The notes under the pieces: model-generated
Databases searched by the model: none
Seen by the model: only the letters and a program-made list of their open reading frames with translations
Told to the model about the DNA's origin: nothing
Shown: piece by piece, positions 1 to 13,207 of the stretch
Numbering within the stretch: the first letter of the stretch is position 1
How the letters are laid out: the number at the start of each line of letters is the position of its first letter
NCBI RefSeq assembly: GCF_021869535.1
Contig: NW_026262668.1
Span: forward strand, 15,686,001 to 15,750,000
Length of the DNA: 64,000 nt
Reading direction: 5' to 3'
DNA from: Mytilus californianus
Lineage: Eukaryota
Made by a program: the position numbers and the translations under genes

Positions 1-717
1 GAACAATATTATATATGCAATGCACTCTATAGTTTATGATTAAAGCATTTCTATATTGAGTAAAGAATTTTTTCACATCAATTATTTCAAACCATAGAAT
101 AAACGAAAAAAATAACAAATAAAGGACCAGGTTAGCAGATACATATAATATTGTTAGTAAAAAATAAATTAAAAAATGAAATAATAAATATACGTCTCAA
201 TATAGATTTGAATTGCTCAGACATGAGCAGACATTCTAATAGTATCGATAACCCACACCAATCACTTTGTTTATTTTCCGTTAACACGTGTAATCGACCC
301 GCCAAAGAACATCAATAGGCAAGTGATCACAACAAACAAACAAACAAAGAAACACGCGACCCTCCATAGGTTATCACCAATTAACCTAATTATCAGAAGT
401 TATTGTTGAATAAACACCGGAAGGAGTCGTTTGTTTATGTCTAGTTTTGGTCAAGACTTTTATCAGGCCAGACAGATAATTTGTAATTATTCCGTCGGAT
501 TTCAGATAAATCAGACAAATAGAAATACTTCAGGTATTATAAACGTAGCTCATCCCAGAGACATCTCACATTATCAAAACTATTTAACAAAGTCGCATTG
601 ACATTTATTACTTTGAAAATATAGGCATATTAGGGAAATTAATCATTAATGAACGAAATATAATAAAACCATCAATTATTTGATGCTAATCGGTGGAATT
701 AGTCGAAGTTTTATAAA

Positions 718-3700
718 ATGGAATATTCATCTCCAAACACGTCCGGTACAGCTTCAGATCCAGAGAATATTGATTCATGGAAAGGCGGTATGTACAAATA
801 TTTTAAAAGTGTTACTGTCGCAACAAATAATATATATAATGCAAGTGGAAATGTAGTCCATCTCTGAATTTCATTTTTTTTTTAAATTGGTAAACGAAGA
901 TTGGGGATCAGCGAATTTGAAAGTGTGCTACTCATTGTTAACTGTACAAAACTAATTTTTCAGACTTTTAAAATTTTAAGTCCTTACTTGTTTCTTTCAT
1001 CATATATAGTCCAATATAACTCGTTAACATTAAGCCATCATCAGCGAACAAATAGATGATGTTTATTGTGTGTTTTTGTTTTTGTTTTGTTTTTTTGCTT
1101 GTCAGAAGGTTCAGTATTTTTTTTTCTCAATGGTAGTGTTTTGCGTTAGTTTTCTGTCATGAATCACTGTTGCTAGAATTAATTTAAAAGTTTTAAAAAG
1201 TATAAAATTTTTAGTAACGCCAAGACTTGCATTTAAATTAAAATCACTCCTTTAATTTCTTTAATTTTACACATTTAAAAAAAAATCTAACGTTCATAAC
1301 CTTTTTAATGTACGTCCTGTGCAGATTACAGACACTTTAACATATCATACAATGGTACAGCTACCTTGTTGAACTAAATGATTAACGAAATCCTTTTCAT
1401 ATATCTATGAAAGCTGAAAGTCATTTCGTCCTATCGCGAGAAAACCATATCCGGCAGTATAACTATTATTATTCAATGAAATGTGTAGATATTTAAACGA
1501 TGATGATATGGATAAAACCAGAAGGAGAACAACATATAAACAAAAAATTCGATAGGTTTAGGTTCTTTAATGTAGGTCGACCCGGATGAAGGACAGGCAA
1601 ATAAGACTTCCAATGAAAAAAAAAGTTACTGGATAGTGGCAGTTATTTTATAATAGACCACGTACGGACCCCTGAAAGAGTTGTTGCAAGGCTTCATTAA
1701 CGTACAGAAAGCGTGGCACTTTCACTACACGTGACATTTGATTAAATGCCACTAATTCGACCAATTGAAACTATGTATTTGCAATCTAACACAGCAAAAC
1801 AAACTTTCCTCTTTAACGCTTTAACATGGGGTTTACTGCCGAATGGGAGAGTTAACAATATTTATATACATAGGCCAACCTTAAGGGTAGAACCGAACAA
1901 GACCCCTTGAGATCAACATACTATCCTTAATAATAATGAACATCAAACACCATCAATTTTAATTGTAGAAGTATAAACTACTTCACACAATACGGAAAAC
2001 AAAATGTAAAAGAGCGTCTTTTGCAAGTCCATTAAAATATCGTGAATATCAATTCCCCATTTTTTACTAGCCAGTCATTGTGCAATCAAAAATATTACTT
2101 ATAAAAGGTTATTCACGTTTCCTTAATCTGAACACTAAAACATATAATTACATTGTATTTCTTTCTCAGGTGTTCCAGGATGTGCTCGATGTGGTAACAT
2201 TATATACGACAAATCTTTATTACGTATCCATGACAAAGTTTGGCACCCGTCATGTCTACAATGTTCTATGTGTGACAAACCACTAGGAAACATTTGCTAT
2301 GGCAACGGTAGTAATTTGTTGTGTTATGAAGATTATGTAAGGTGAGTTAAATGAATTAACAAACTGAAAAATCAAAATGAATTTAAAAATCAGCAATTTT
2401 AAAATGTCGTCGTATTTGTCGAGCGGAGCATAGCACATAATGTTTAAAATTGTGACATCAAACATCAATGCATTGGTTTTCTAAGGTTTATAAGGGTAAC
2501 GTCGTACGGTCTTCAACAATGAGCAATAGTGCCTTCTCGTCATAAAACTCGTCAAGTATTCAAGTAGTAATATATTCTTTGCTTTTAAATTTGAGTTTGG
2601 GAGTTCCTGGTGAAAGTAAAGCCAGAAAAGCGCTACGGACGGACCAAATGTTTGTTTGGTTGTATTATTTTTCTTTTTTTGTTTGTTTCGATTTTAAATT
2701 ATTCTTTATCTGAGTGAACTTTAGTATACTATAATAGAAATATCATTAATTGCATTATAATTTATCCATTTATTTTTCATTTCGAACATATTTTTTGTCC
2801 GTTTTACTTGATATTCATATTCTTATACAGATCACAGCCGTTCCGGTGTTCTAGCTGTAAAGTGGTTCTGTCCGATAACGAGTATGTACAGAGAGTTCAG
2901 AAAAACGTCTATCATCAGACGTGTTTCAAGTGTACCGTCTGCTATCGTCCATTACAGACGGGAGAACAATTTTACCTTTCAGACGACAACAAACTGGTAT
3001 GTGGTGATGATTACCGAACCTTGCGGATGAACGGTAAGTTTAGCAACTCTCAATTTATAGTTCATTGTAATTAATTATAGGCAGTTTCGCTTTTTTAGAA
3101 CCCAAAGTCTTATTGTGTGAAACTGAATCATATATTGACCTCGAGATGTTTGTTTATTTCATTTGTCTTCCATTAGTTAATTCATTAGTTTTTGTTTTGT
3201 TTGTTTTTGTTTTTGTTTCTGTTCATTTGTCTTTGTTTCATGTTGTTGATATCGGGGGTCTGCGTTATTGGGGATCTCTCCCCGTTTCTTTCATTCTTAA
3301 ATTGAAAGTAAAACGTCGTAGTTGGTTAGCGACTTCCCAAACAAAGGATATTCAACTAATGGCATGTCTTTTTTTTTAAAATTTTCACTGAATATTGGTA
3401 TTTAGTCAAATAAAGTACCGAGATATGAAACCATTATACTCACCAGCTTTAGAATGGAGTCGACTTAATATTGTTTCTGACTATTAAAAATAAAATTTGC
3501 AATTTTCTTGTTTTCAGATTCGCAAGACGATAGTGATTCAGAATGTTCTACCGGAAGTGGTAAACGACACAGAACCAGCATAAGTCCTCAACAGTTACAA
3601 TGCTTGACAAAAGCTTACAACAAAAATCCAAAACCATCCCGTGAAGCGCGAAGACGATTGAGCAGAGATTTGCGTCTAGACTATAGAGTAATACAAGTGT

Positions 3701-4868
3701 GGTTCCAAAATAAAAGAGCAAAGGACAAAAAGTCATCACCTCATATTCATGCAATAGAAACAAGTTACGAGGAACCAGAAGTCCAAAACAGAAGATTTTC
3801 ACAAGGTATATATTGAACAACTAGTCAAACATACCGGTCTGCTGTTTATGAAAATATTTGATCTTTGTAAAATCCTCTAGAATGAGTTTGCTGCAAAAGA
3901 AAAACCGAGTTTTATTAGCAAGAAACGAGACTTTGTAATTCACTTGGAAATCTTTAATGATAATTGGTAAGATTGATCCAAAATGAAATATTTTTACATC
4001 ACTAAGAGGATCCTTAATATTTGACTACTACAAATACACAAAAAAACAACCCCAAAAACTACAAGATAATGATTTTAATGTGGAAAAATATTCTTTCTGA
4101 CTGTAACCAAAAGTGTTATATAGAAAATTGTGAATATTAACACTTTTATGCAGACAATTTGGGCCCTTTTTGTTTGCGCGAATCCCTAGTACGAAGTTAT
4201 ACATCATTAGCTTTCAAATATTAGACTTTGAGCGTAATCGGTGAAGGCAAATTCAGAAAAAGCGTTTCGAATGCAAGAAATTTATAAAGTGTTGTTTTCA
4301 TTTTTTGGTATGTTTTTAATTGAATAAAATGGGGTAGTATACATTGTCAGTAAGATTAACATCTTTATAAAATAACGATAAAATCAAAAATTGAGAATTC
4401 ATGATATTCTATGATGATCGGACTGGCATAACTATATCACCATTTAGTAAGCTTTCTACACAAACAGAGAAGGAAACAACCACCGTTAAGGTGTGATAAC
4501 TTATGATAGGCATACCATTAAACATGTTAAACTGAAAAGATCTTTATTGTTTTATAGATCTTTGCACTTATTTCTTTTCAGTAAAACTAATATATTTCCC
4601 GTTTAACTTTTCAGATATTTCTAGAATCCCATCGCAGCCAGTTTTTCACGAACGTTTGTATAACCAATCTACAAGACAAATGAATAGCAATGATTGGCTA
4701 ACGACAGTTCTGGCACATGATAGTGTCCCTCCAAATATCGACCTGTCTCCCGTGGATATTATAAATGGCGAGATTTTACACAAACGTAGAACTGAGGCCG
4801 ACATAGACAATAGCCATTCGTCTGACCCCAGGTCTAGAATCAGCTGCAAATGGCAAAACATTGGTTAA
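718..4868 (+). CDS. LIM-homeobox transcription factor, divergent Lhx3/4-like; 5 coding exons, 328 aa
   Basis: Exons 718-787, 2170-2341, 2831-3033, 3518-3805 and 4615-4868 have GT-AG boundaries and consistent phases (987 nt = 329 codons). LIM1 is CARC...WHPSCLQCSMC...CYED and LIM2 is CSSC...VYHQTCFKCTVCYRPLQTGEQFYLSDDNKLVCGDDY. The homeodomain is KRHRTSISPQQLQCLTKAYNKNPKPSREARRRLSRDLRLDYRVIQVWFQNKRAKDKK. AATAAA at 4897-4902. Exon 1 is the least certain. Confidence 0.9.
2600..2645 (+). ncRNA. Degenerate type I hammerhead relic (family B) in Lhx intron 2
   Basis: GAGTTC-CTGGTGA-AAGTAAAGCCA-GAAA-AGCGCT-AC-GGACGG; core and cleavage-site substitutions. Confidence 0.45.
4229..4275 (+). ncRNA. Degenerate hammerhead relic (family B) in Lhx intron 4
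   Basis: GAGCGTAAT-CGGTGA-AGGCAAATTCA-GAAA-AAGCGTT-TC-GAATGC. Confidence 0.4.
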
Positions 4869-4971
4869 TAGCATAATTTGTTACTTGTAAATTTGCAATA
4901 AAGGATTTTGATTTAGATTTTTTAGTTTGTATTTTTCATATATAAGTGATGCACAATACATTTTACAACAA

Positions 4972-4972
<1 letters not shown>

Positions 4973-5024
<52 letters not shown>
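4973..5024. repeat. (TA)26 microsatellite
   Basis: Directly visible. Confidence 0.95.
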
Positions 5025-5028
<4 letters not shown>

Positions 5029-8000
5029 TATAAATATTGTTTTATATGTAATACGTATATAAATTGCAGTTAAAATCATAATCTGCAAAGTTGAAACCAC
5101 CAGATACTATGAACACTAGAATGTATAACATCTTTGATTGTTCTATGCAAGCAAAAATAGTAATAAAATGAATTTGACCAATAGTTCTTTCTAATAAAGC
5201 ATTTTCTTGCGAAACCATCTATGAATTAAATACTTTATTACTTAAGCAAACCGATGACGATTCACTTACACAGAGTTATTTAAATTACGTTGAAATATTG
5301 TATAAATTGGAGGATTGCTTCCTTGCATGAATCAATTTGGCGCTAATGATTGATATGTAAACACCAAGTATTAGTATGTTCATTTTGTATAAAGAATGTA
5401 AAATCCTCTGCCAGGATCCGCTAATAGTTGTCTTTTGTTATATCATAATGTATTTTGATAATGTCGAATATGGTGTTGATGGCTGATTTTGGGAGTCTTT
5501 GTTTAATTTGTTATCAACTTTTAGAAACTCTTGAGCGGTTTACAGCCAATCTAAGTAAGATATAGATCTCTGATTTTGCTATGTTTATATAAACTTCGGC
5601 GAGCTTGACCTTAGAGTAATAAAAAGTTGTCTTTAGATGTTTTTTGCTATTCCGTTTAGGCAATTTTATGTTTAACAGATTTGTTTTTATTTAGCTTCCC
5701 AAACTTTTTCTTGTGAGCGTACCCGATAAATGTGATGCTTCACATATAGCATGACATGTGCCACTTGTGAAATAGGATATGTTTACCCTTCCGGATCACA
5801 TGAGATCACACCGGAATTTGGTATTCGTGTTACTAAATCTTTAGTTTCTATGTACTGTTATGTGGAGTCTTGTTTGTCTTTTCGTTGTTTTTCGTTGTTA
5901 CTATAATATTGGTGGTGGCTTTTCTTTGACTTATGGTTTTAAACTATTCCTTTGGTATCTTGCACAAGAAACATATAACACGCGCATTAAAATCAATAAT
6001 ATTCTTTGATTTAACCAATACTTGGTCAGTATAGCTGTTGGTGGACTGTTCAATAGTCGCCAGGATATCATTATACCACTAGTCATGATGTACCGTGTTT
6101 CAAACTTAGATTTAGCCGACGAGGAAAGGCATCGTCCAAAAAACGAAAGCATTAACTAGTAGGACAAGTAGTCTAGGGCGCTGGACTCAGCAAATTTTTA
6201 TATCACAACAGCTCCCCCAATTCCGCTGTGAGAACGATATGAATTTGAAAGTGATAAACTCGTGCAGTTCTTATGTATACATAGCAGTCTTTATTAGTAT
6301 ATGATTTGTATTAAAAACAAAGGTTGTAACTTCATGATCAGTAGACAGAGCTAGCTTTAGAAGGATTTTTTTATATTGTTTATGCTCATAAACGTATTAT
6401 CCCAAAGTTTTGGTCTCGAGCATACATAATGTATGTTATTCCAGAAACATTTGCATGTGGTGGCTAAATCGTTTATTTCCAGGTTGACCGTGATTGGCGT
6501 TCCTACCCAAACGATTTTCAAAATAAGGAACATGGAATATATTCATCGCAAATAGCAAACTAACAGAATCTTATGATACGCAAAGGGTTGAATGGGATAT
6601 AGAAATATGGCCATCCCTTCGACTTTGGTTAGATTTTATTTATAATTTTTTGGTGCTTATACCAAATTCCAAGTCCTGAAAATATCGTATAGTGTACTCA
6701 TATAAACTTTGTATTAGTGTAATGCATAAGACTGTGTAGAAAGTGAAATACTAGTAACAAAAATACCGAACTCCAAGGGAAATTCAAAACGGAAAGTCCC
6801 TTATCAAACGTTAAAATGGAAAGCTCAAACACAACAAACGAATGGAAAACAACTGTCATATTCCTGAAATTGGTACAGGCATTTCCTTATTTAAAAAAAT
6901 GTGGATAAAACCTGGTTTTATAGCTAGCTAAATCTCTCACGTAGCGTGCAGTCAGTAGGAAATCTAGTGAAAAAGAAGAAAAGAAAATTCACTCTTCTTA
7001 TGATAGAGTCGAGAAAATCAATAATAAAACAATGCCGGTGACCATACTGATCAAAAGTTATTTCTAAATAACAATTGTACATTTTAAAGAAATTATTTGT
7101 TAAACTGTGTTATTAGAAATATACATGCAAATACACGATGTTTTATGTTAAGTTTTAGAAGCATTAGAAGCTTGTGAAACTGAAATCTAAAAATTGTTAA
7201 TCTTTGCTGCAAATTTATAAACACAAATTGGAAAAAAATCATGTACATACAAAATCTAAAGATCCTTAAGGTCACCAATTTTCGGAGTGTTCCACAAAGC
7301 CCTTAGCGTGTTGCAATCTCCACAAAATATACTTATTTTATACATTCTAAGTTTGCGAGTACACCGGTCTGCTCTTGTCACATGGACATTCAATATACAA
7401 ATATTGTCTTTTCGTGAATATAACAATATAGATAAAATTGAGAATGGAAATGGGGAATGTGTCAAAGAGACAACAACCCGACCATAGAACAGACAACAGC
7501 ATATAGAGTCTGCCTGTGCAGGCTAAAAAGTTAAAGATAAATATTTTTATAAAGGAGGTATCTTTTTACTATTTTTTTTAAATTTAAGAAAAGGTCGTCT
7601 CGATTTTTGTTCTGTATTTGCGTTCTTCTCGATGTTTGCTTCGGGATAAGGTCCGTTTGAATTTGCTTTGTAACTAAATCATTTTTAATCTCAAAAGTGT
7701 CAATCTGTGCTGCATATCAATCGATTCCTTTGAATTTCCCCCCTTACTTTCTCTGATCTAGCTGCATATATAAACGAATATTTAGCATGTCCTAGAGAGG
7801 TATACAGCCAGTAAACAAATAGTTTAACGTTGGTACTCTAGGAATTTATTCGCATAGCAACATTATAAACCAATTTATCACGAAGCTCCTTTAGCCTTCT
7901 GTACTCGTCGTTTGCTATTTAAGGAGGGGAATGATAACATTAATTGGAAGTTTTGTTTTTATTTCAACTTATTTCTATATTTACCAGACTGAGAACGTTT

Positions 8001-8159
8001 TCACGTGAATATATAATTGATAGCGTCCTTGCTAAAATGGGACAAACATTGAAAAAATCTTGTTTTCAGTGTTTATGTAAGAGATAAATTTGTACTGGTA
8101 AAATATGTCCGGGCGGACATATATTTCTAGTATAAAAAGTCCATGGTTACAGAATTTAC

Positions 8160-8720
8160 TAGTATTTTTAGTCCGATGTTAGTAATTTATGTCTTATTTT
8201 CCTACGAATTCATATTACTAATATTCCTGGATAAAACGTCCATGTCCTTTTTTTATAGGAAAAAATATTCATGAATCAAATCATTTACATTTAAACAATG
8301 GAAATTTAAATGTTATGTTTTATATTGTTTAAGAGTTGTGTATCAATTTTTTTAATAAAATTTATGTCCTCAGACTAATTTTCCTAGGAAATCATGTCCA
8401 TATCATTAATATTCCTAGGTAAAAACGTCCATGTCCTTTATTCTAAAAGGACAATTTTAATGAAACAAATTATTTACATGTAAACAATGGAAATTCAATT
8501 TTTATGTTTTAATATTGTTAAAATAATTTTTATAATATAAAAATTACTAGAAAAACAAGTCTTAGGACAATTTTTCCTAGGAAAATAAGTGCTAGACATA
8601 TTTTACTAGCCGTGGACCTATTTTCCTAGGAAAATTTGTCCTGGGACTTACATTCCTAGTAAAATATTGGTCATGGACTTTATTAACTAGGAAAAAAAGT
8701 TTGCAGACAAATTTTACTAC
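8160..8720. repeat. CTAG-motif-rich TE relic with ~185-bp internal direct repeat
   Basis: 8200-8340 is similar to 8381-8530; numerous TTCCTAG/CTAGGAAAA motifs; termini unclear. Confidence 0.4.
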
Positions 8721-9464
8721 CGGACCAAATTTACTGAACATTACATTTACAGGGGAGGTAATATTTTGTCACTAGATTTCCTACTGCAGTCCTGTATATA
8801 TAACATAAAAGACAGAGTACTGGTTTTATCCCTTTATGTTTTTTTTCTTCAAAATACTGATAACTAAAAATATTCCAATATACATAATATATATATGTCA
8901 CTTCTTACTTCCTTCATAATTACTGGGATAATTGTTATTTGTTTACTTTAAAGATATTTTTAGAGAACGTCTCGGGACAGTTACACGTAGATAACAATAT
9001 TGCAACCCTTGTTAATGACTTTTCAACAGAAAGTCATTGACTGTTTTACAGGTGTTGTTCTCATTCACATTACGACGATTTGAATCATGTTTAAAAGTTT
9101 TACATTCTTTTTAAAAAAGAAGTGATATAAAACAATACAAAGTGACAAAGGAGTCCGAGTCGTATAAGAGTTGTTGATCCAATAATTTGACTTGATTTGT
9201 GGAAGTATGTTATGTAATAAGTGCCGTTGACATGAAATTTATGGATACAAATATAAATAATTTCTATGAAAATATCTCAATGGAAGAAACAAACACAATG
9301 CATTTCAACGACAAAATGTTTGCCAAAATTCGGATTGGTACTGTCTTCACAGGAATTAAAATCGCGGCAAATCGTATTTCCGCATTAGTGACAACACATT
9401 GATTCTATCAGATAGAAAATGACTTAACATAAAGGGTGATGCAAACGACTAAATTTACGTCAAT

Positions 9465-10673
9465 ATGACAGAGGAAATCAACAAATCACATGATAAAATG
9501 AGGTTGCAAGGGAGGAAAATAGATTACTCTGTGAAAGATTCGCAATCGCAATTGCAAGAGTCGATATCTGCTGAATTGCCAAGAGAACAATTCTTATATG
9601 AAACATTGAAGAAAGCAAGAAAACAACACAGCGAAGAGAAAGAAAAGCTTAATAAAGAATCAAAACGACTTAAAGAAGTTCAGAACGAAAGAGAAAATGA
9701 CTTTGCTAAATTAGAAAAAAATTTCAGAGAGTTACGAGAAAACTATGAGATGTTACTTAGTGAAAGGAAAGAAAATAGATACAATCTGAAAGAGGAAGCT
9801 AAAGGATGTACTGTAAGTTCTGAGGGTTATGTAAATCTACTACAAAAGAGACTTCAACATAACGAGGTTGAAACTACTCGGATCCATTACCTCCTTAAGG
9901 AGAAAGAAGACATCATAACAAAATTAAGAACAGAAAAAGACGACCTTCAAACAAGGTTAAGTAGTGTTGCCGGTGAAAAACTGGTTAAAGGGAATCCGTC
10001 TATTACCGATCTTGGAGATCCAAATCGTCCAATGAAAATTGGTGAAAAATATGGAGAATTGTATGATAATGAATGGACAGATTCTATGGAATGCATAAAT
10101 GATATAAAATCCTTCTACAGCGACAGTGAACACCCAGATTTTGAGGAAATACTCGTACTCCATCTTTGTAGACTGTTAAAAATTTGTTACCACGAATGCT
10201 TAGCACTAGCAGATGAACAGATAGATAAGATTGGCAAAACACTTGCAGAAACATTGTGTCTCAATGTCAGTTCTAGAGAAGATATATGCAATTTATCTCT
10301 TTGCAAAGATGTAGCAACACAGAGACGATTAAGGCATGAGCACTTTGCGAATTATCTGTTCAAAAATCAGATTATTGGCAAAACAGCGGTGAATGCCTGG
10401 GATTATGCATACAAAAGTGCAGACGTAATTGAGCTTCTAATGAAAACACAATTTTTTGAAAAATGTATCAACCTTTGTTGGTGTATGGTGATTCAGGATC
10501 CTATAATGTATTTAGATGAAGACATAAAGCCGGGCACATCAATTGACAAGAATACATACAAGGAATTTGTTAAAAGCGGAAACAAAGTAAAATATGTTGT
10601 CTGGCCAGCATTATTTTTACACAAAGACGGACCGTTGCTTTACAAAGGAATCGTACAAGCATTCTGGCAGTAG
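9465..10673 (+). CDS. Intronless coiled-coil protein with MIEAP/SPATA18-type (mitochondria-eating protein) C-terminal domain, 402 aa
   Basis: Long ORF with an E/K-rich coiled coil, then NPSITDLGDPNRPMKIGEKYGELYDNEWTD and LCWCMVIQDP...VVWPALFLHKDGPLLYKGIV, which match the MIEAP C-terminal motifs. An in-frame TAA at 9450-9452 precedes the ATG. Confidence 0.8.
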   Translation: MTEEINKSHDKMRLQGRKIDYSVKDSQSQLQESISAELPREQFLYETLKKARKQHSEEKEKLNKESKRLKEVQNERENDFAKLEKNFRELRENYEMLLSERKENRYNLKEEAKGCTVSSEGYVNLLQKRLQHNEVETTRIHYLLKEKEDIITKLRTEKDDLQTRLSSVAGEKLVKGNPSITDLGDPNRPMKIGEKYGELYDNEWTDSMECINDIKSFYSDSEHPDFEEILVLHLCRLLKICYHECLALADEQIDKIGKTLAETLCLNVSSREDICNLSLCKDVATQRRLRHEHFANYLFKNQIIGKTAVNAWDYAYKSADVIELLMKTQFFEKCINLCWCMVIQDPIMYLDEDIKPGTSIDKNTYKEFVKSGNKVKYVVWPALFLHKDGPLLYKGIVQAFWQ

Positions 10674-10966
10674 TTTAACATGTTATATGTCTACGAATGA
10701 TTTAAAGAAAAATCACGATGAAAACTAGGTCTTTCATGGACAGATATGTGAATAATGAAATCCTAGAAATGGAAAAGAACTGCACCGTCTTAACTATGAT
10801 TTTTTTTATCAAGCTATATTTAACATGTCTCTCCAATTAATTAAAGAAATTGGTTGTCAAATGGTTGTCGGAATATAACATTGATACGTTTTGTTTGTTC
10901 GATAACTTGAATTTGATAGTTTGGTTAATCAGTTTGATTTTGTGGCATCACAGATACATTTCGTGT

Positions 10967-11552
10967 AAAGGACAAGGAACGATATGGCCTGTTTTTGGCC
11001 CCCCTATTTTCTCATTTTTAAATTCTGTTTTGGAAAGCTACGTATTATGTTAAAGTATTCCCTGAGGTTTGAAGTTTGTTTGGGTGAACTTGAAAACCAC
11101 TAATTTTAGCAACTGGGTGAGATGAGGGGGGTAAACTTTCTGTTATTATTCAAATATTGTAATTATTATTCACTTTGCAGGTGTTCCGTACAACGAATTT
11201 TTAGTTTTTAAGTGCCTGCGCCAACGTGACTCAGAATTTTTTTTATTCCAATGTCATGAGAACTGTTTTTGCTGTCTAAATCGCCTTAATTTTCTCCGGG
11301 TCACGTAGGCGCACGCTATTAAATTTTAAGAAACAATGGCCAAAAATCGTAATTTTTCCTTCTTTTGGCGTTTTTGATGCCCTTTTACCCCCTCACCTCG
11401 CCCATTTTCTGAAATTAATGGTTTTGAAGTTCATCCGAACAAACTTCAAACCTAAGGGAATATTTTAACGTGAAAAGTAGCTTTCCAAAACAAAATTTGA
11501 AAAATAAGAAAATAGGGGGCCAAAAAACGGGCCTCATCGTACCTTGTCCTTT
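10967..11552. mobile_element. MITE with ~170-bp terminal inverted repeats (Kolobok-like termini possible)
   Basis: AAAGGACAAGGAACGATATGGCC... (10967-11135) is the inverse of ...GGGCCTCATCGTACCTTGTCCTTT (11383-11552). The TTAA-type TSD is degenerate. Confidence 0.75.
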
Positions 11553-12147
11553 GTCGTACTGTAATCTGTACTTGCTGTCAATATTGTATCAGATGACCAG
11601 GTATGTTATTTACAGGGAATGCCTGGTCATCTGATAAGTAATAACTTACAGGTATCTTTAAAAGGTCAATATCCATATAATGTTCAGTTTTGGGAGAAGT
11701 AGTAAACACAGAAATAAATTATTAATAAATGTCATGTTGCTGACTTGAAACCGGTACTTTTGTTTGTTAGGGAGAATCAACATTTGTAAGAAAAATCTTT
11801 ATTGTATTTTAATTCAATATTAACCTTTTATACAACATTTCTCTCATTAAAAAAAGAGGAGATGATACCAAGGGAGCAGTCAAAAACAATAAATGAAAAA
11901 AAAACACGAACAAAACCACGGCCAATAGAAACAAACGACAAAAGACGAACACAAATTCACAAAACACTATCAAAAAATCTAAAAACATGAATCCCACACC
12001 AAAAACATGGGTTGAACTCAGTTACTCCAGAAGGGTGAGTAATTCCTGCTCTTCTAGCGTCTTCTGTCATGCAGCTAGCGGTAAGTAAAGTTTCGGTGAT
12101 TGGTCGCATACAGTGATGTTATAATCGAGAGAAAGAGGACGGGATTG

Positions 12148-12480
12148 AGGTTACGGATGAAGGTAAAAATCCAGATAAAAGCACTTTGGACGCACGAAAC
12201 TTATAAACTGTTATTTTCGTTTAATAGACATAGGTCGATACCGCTGCTGGTGGACTATTAATCCCCGAGGATATAGTCAGCTCGGTAGTCAGTGCTTCGG
12301 TACTAACATAATTTACAACCAACTTTTCTTAAATTCTCATTTGATGAAATGAGAAATTTTACCGTAGAAAAGTTAGTCGTTTTTATGTATTTATACATCA
12401 TTGGCTATAAAATGTTTTAAACGTCCCTATTGAAGTTAATTCAGATAAAATCTTCGGATGCACGAAATTTATAAAGTGTT
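12148..12480 (+). mobile_element. Retrozyme-like monomer bounded by two degenerate hammerhead motifs
   Basis: Matching GGA(C/T)GCACGAAA ends at 12188 and 12466 (278 bp apart). The internal GCTGCTGGTGGAC...GTAGTCAG is homologous to the internal domain of the 23925-24640 unit. Confidence 0.55.
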
Positions 12481-13207
12481 CGTCAGTCATGCTGTAGCCT
12501 TTTATAGTTTATAATCATAGGTATTGGTTTCGCACGACCCATACTGGCTTACATCCTCGTTCTTTGGTATGTGGTGATTATTTTTTAAGGGGAAAGCTGA
12601 AAAAAATAAACATGCAATATTTTATTGAACCAAAGCAAAAAAGTGTCTAGTACATAATTTCCCGTGGAGACAATTTTCATTCAAAAGTCGTTTACTACAA
12701 ATTCCTAGGTCATGGTCTATTATTTACAATATCACAAAGGCAACCGCATTTGGAATATTAAAGAAATGTCAGAAAAAGGAAGTGGCATGATCAATGATAT
12801 GTTTACCCTTCACATGTGACACTGGCTATATACCGAAAGAAAGAAGTAGCTTATACGTCATTTTGATCAAAAACTGAAAGATACTATCTGCAAAATCACA
12901 TTCATGACATGTACCTTTCTAATATTGATATACACGTCGCCATTTCTTGCATATGCATATTTGTACTTTTGTTCCTACTCGTGACTTAAATTATCTACTA
13001 TAGATATCTCTATTTTACTTAAAATTATTTTTAGACTTTATCTCGTGACAGTCATACGATATTAATATTGCAACATTTTAAAAAAAAACTTTTTTAACTG
13101 AACGAAATGGGTTTTTAAATGTATATGTTTCCTTTTACATAAAACGGTAATAGGAATAAAACATAATATATGCACTTTCTGTTTCACCAAGAAATTTATT
13201 AATCAAA

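Noticed and set aside
3508-3816. Stand-alone homeobox gene ending at TGA 3816
   Set aside because: A donor at 3806 and an in-phase acceptor at 4614 support splicing to a fifth exon, and the upstream LIM exons join in phase.
9199-9402. 67-aa ORF as an upstream part of the first MIEAP gene
   Set aside because: Different frame, stops in between, no clear splice pair and no recognisable motif.
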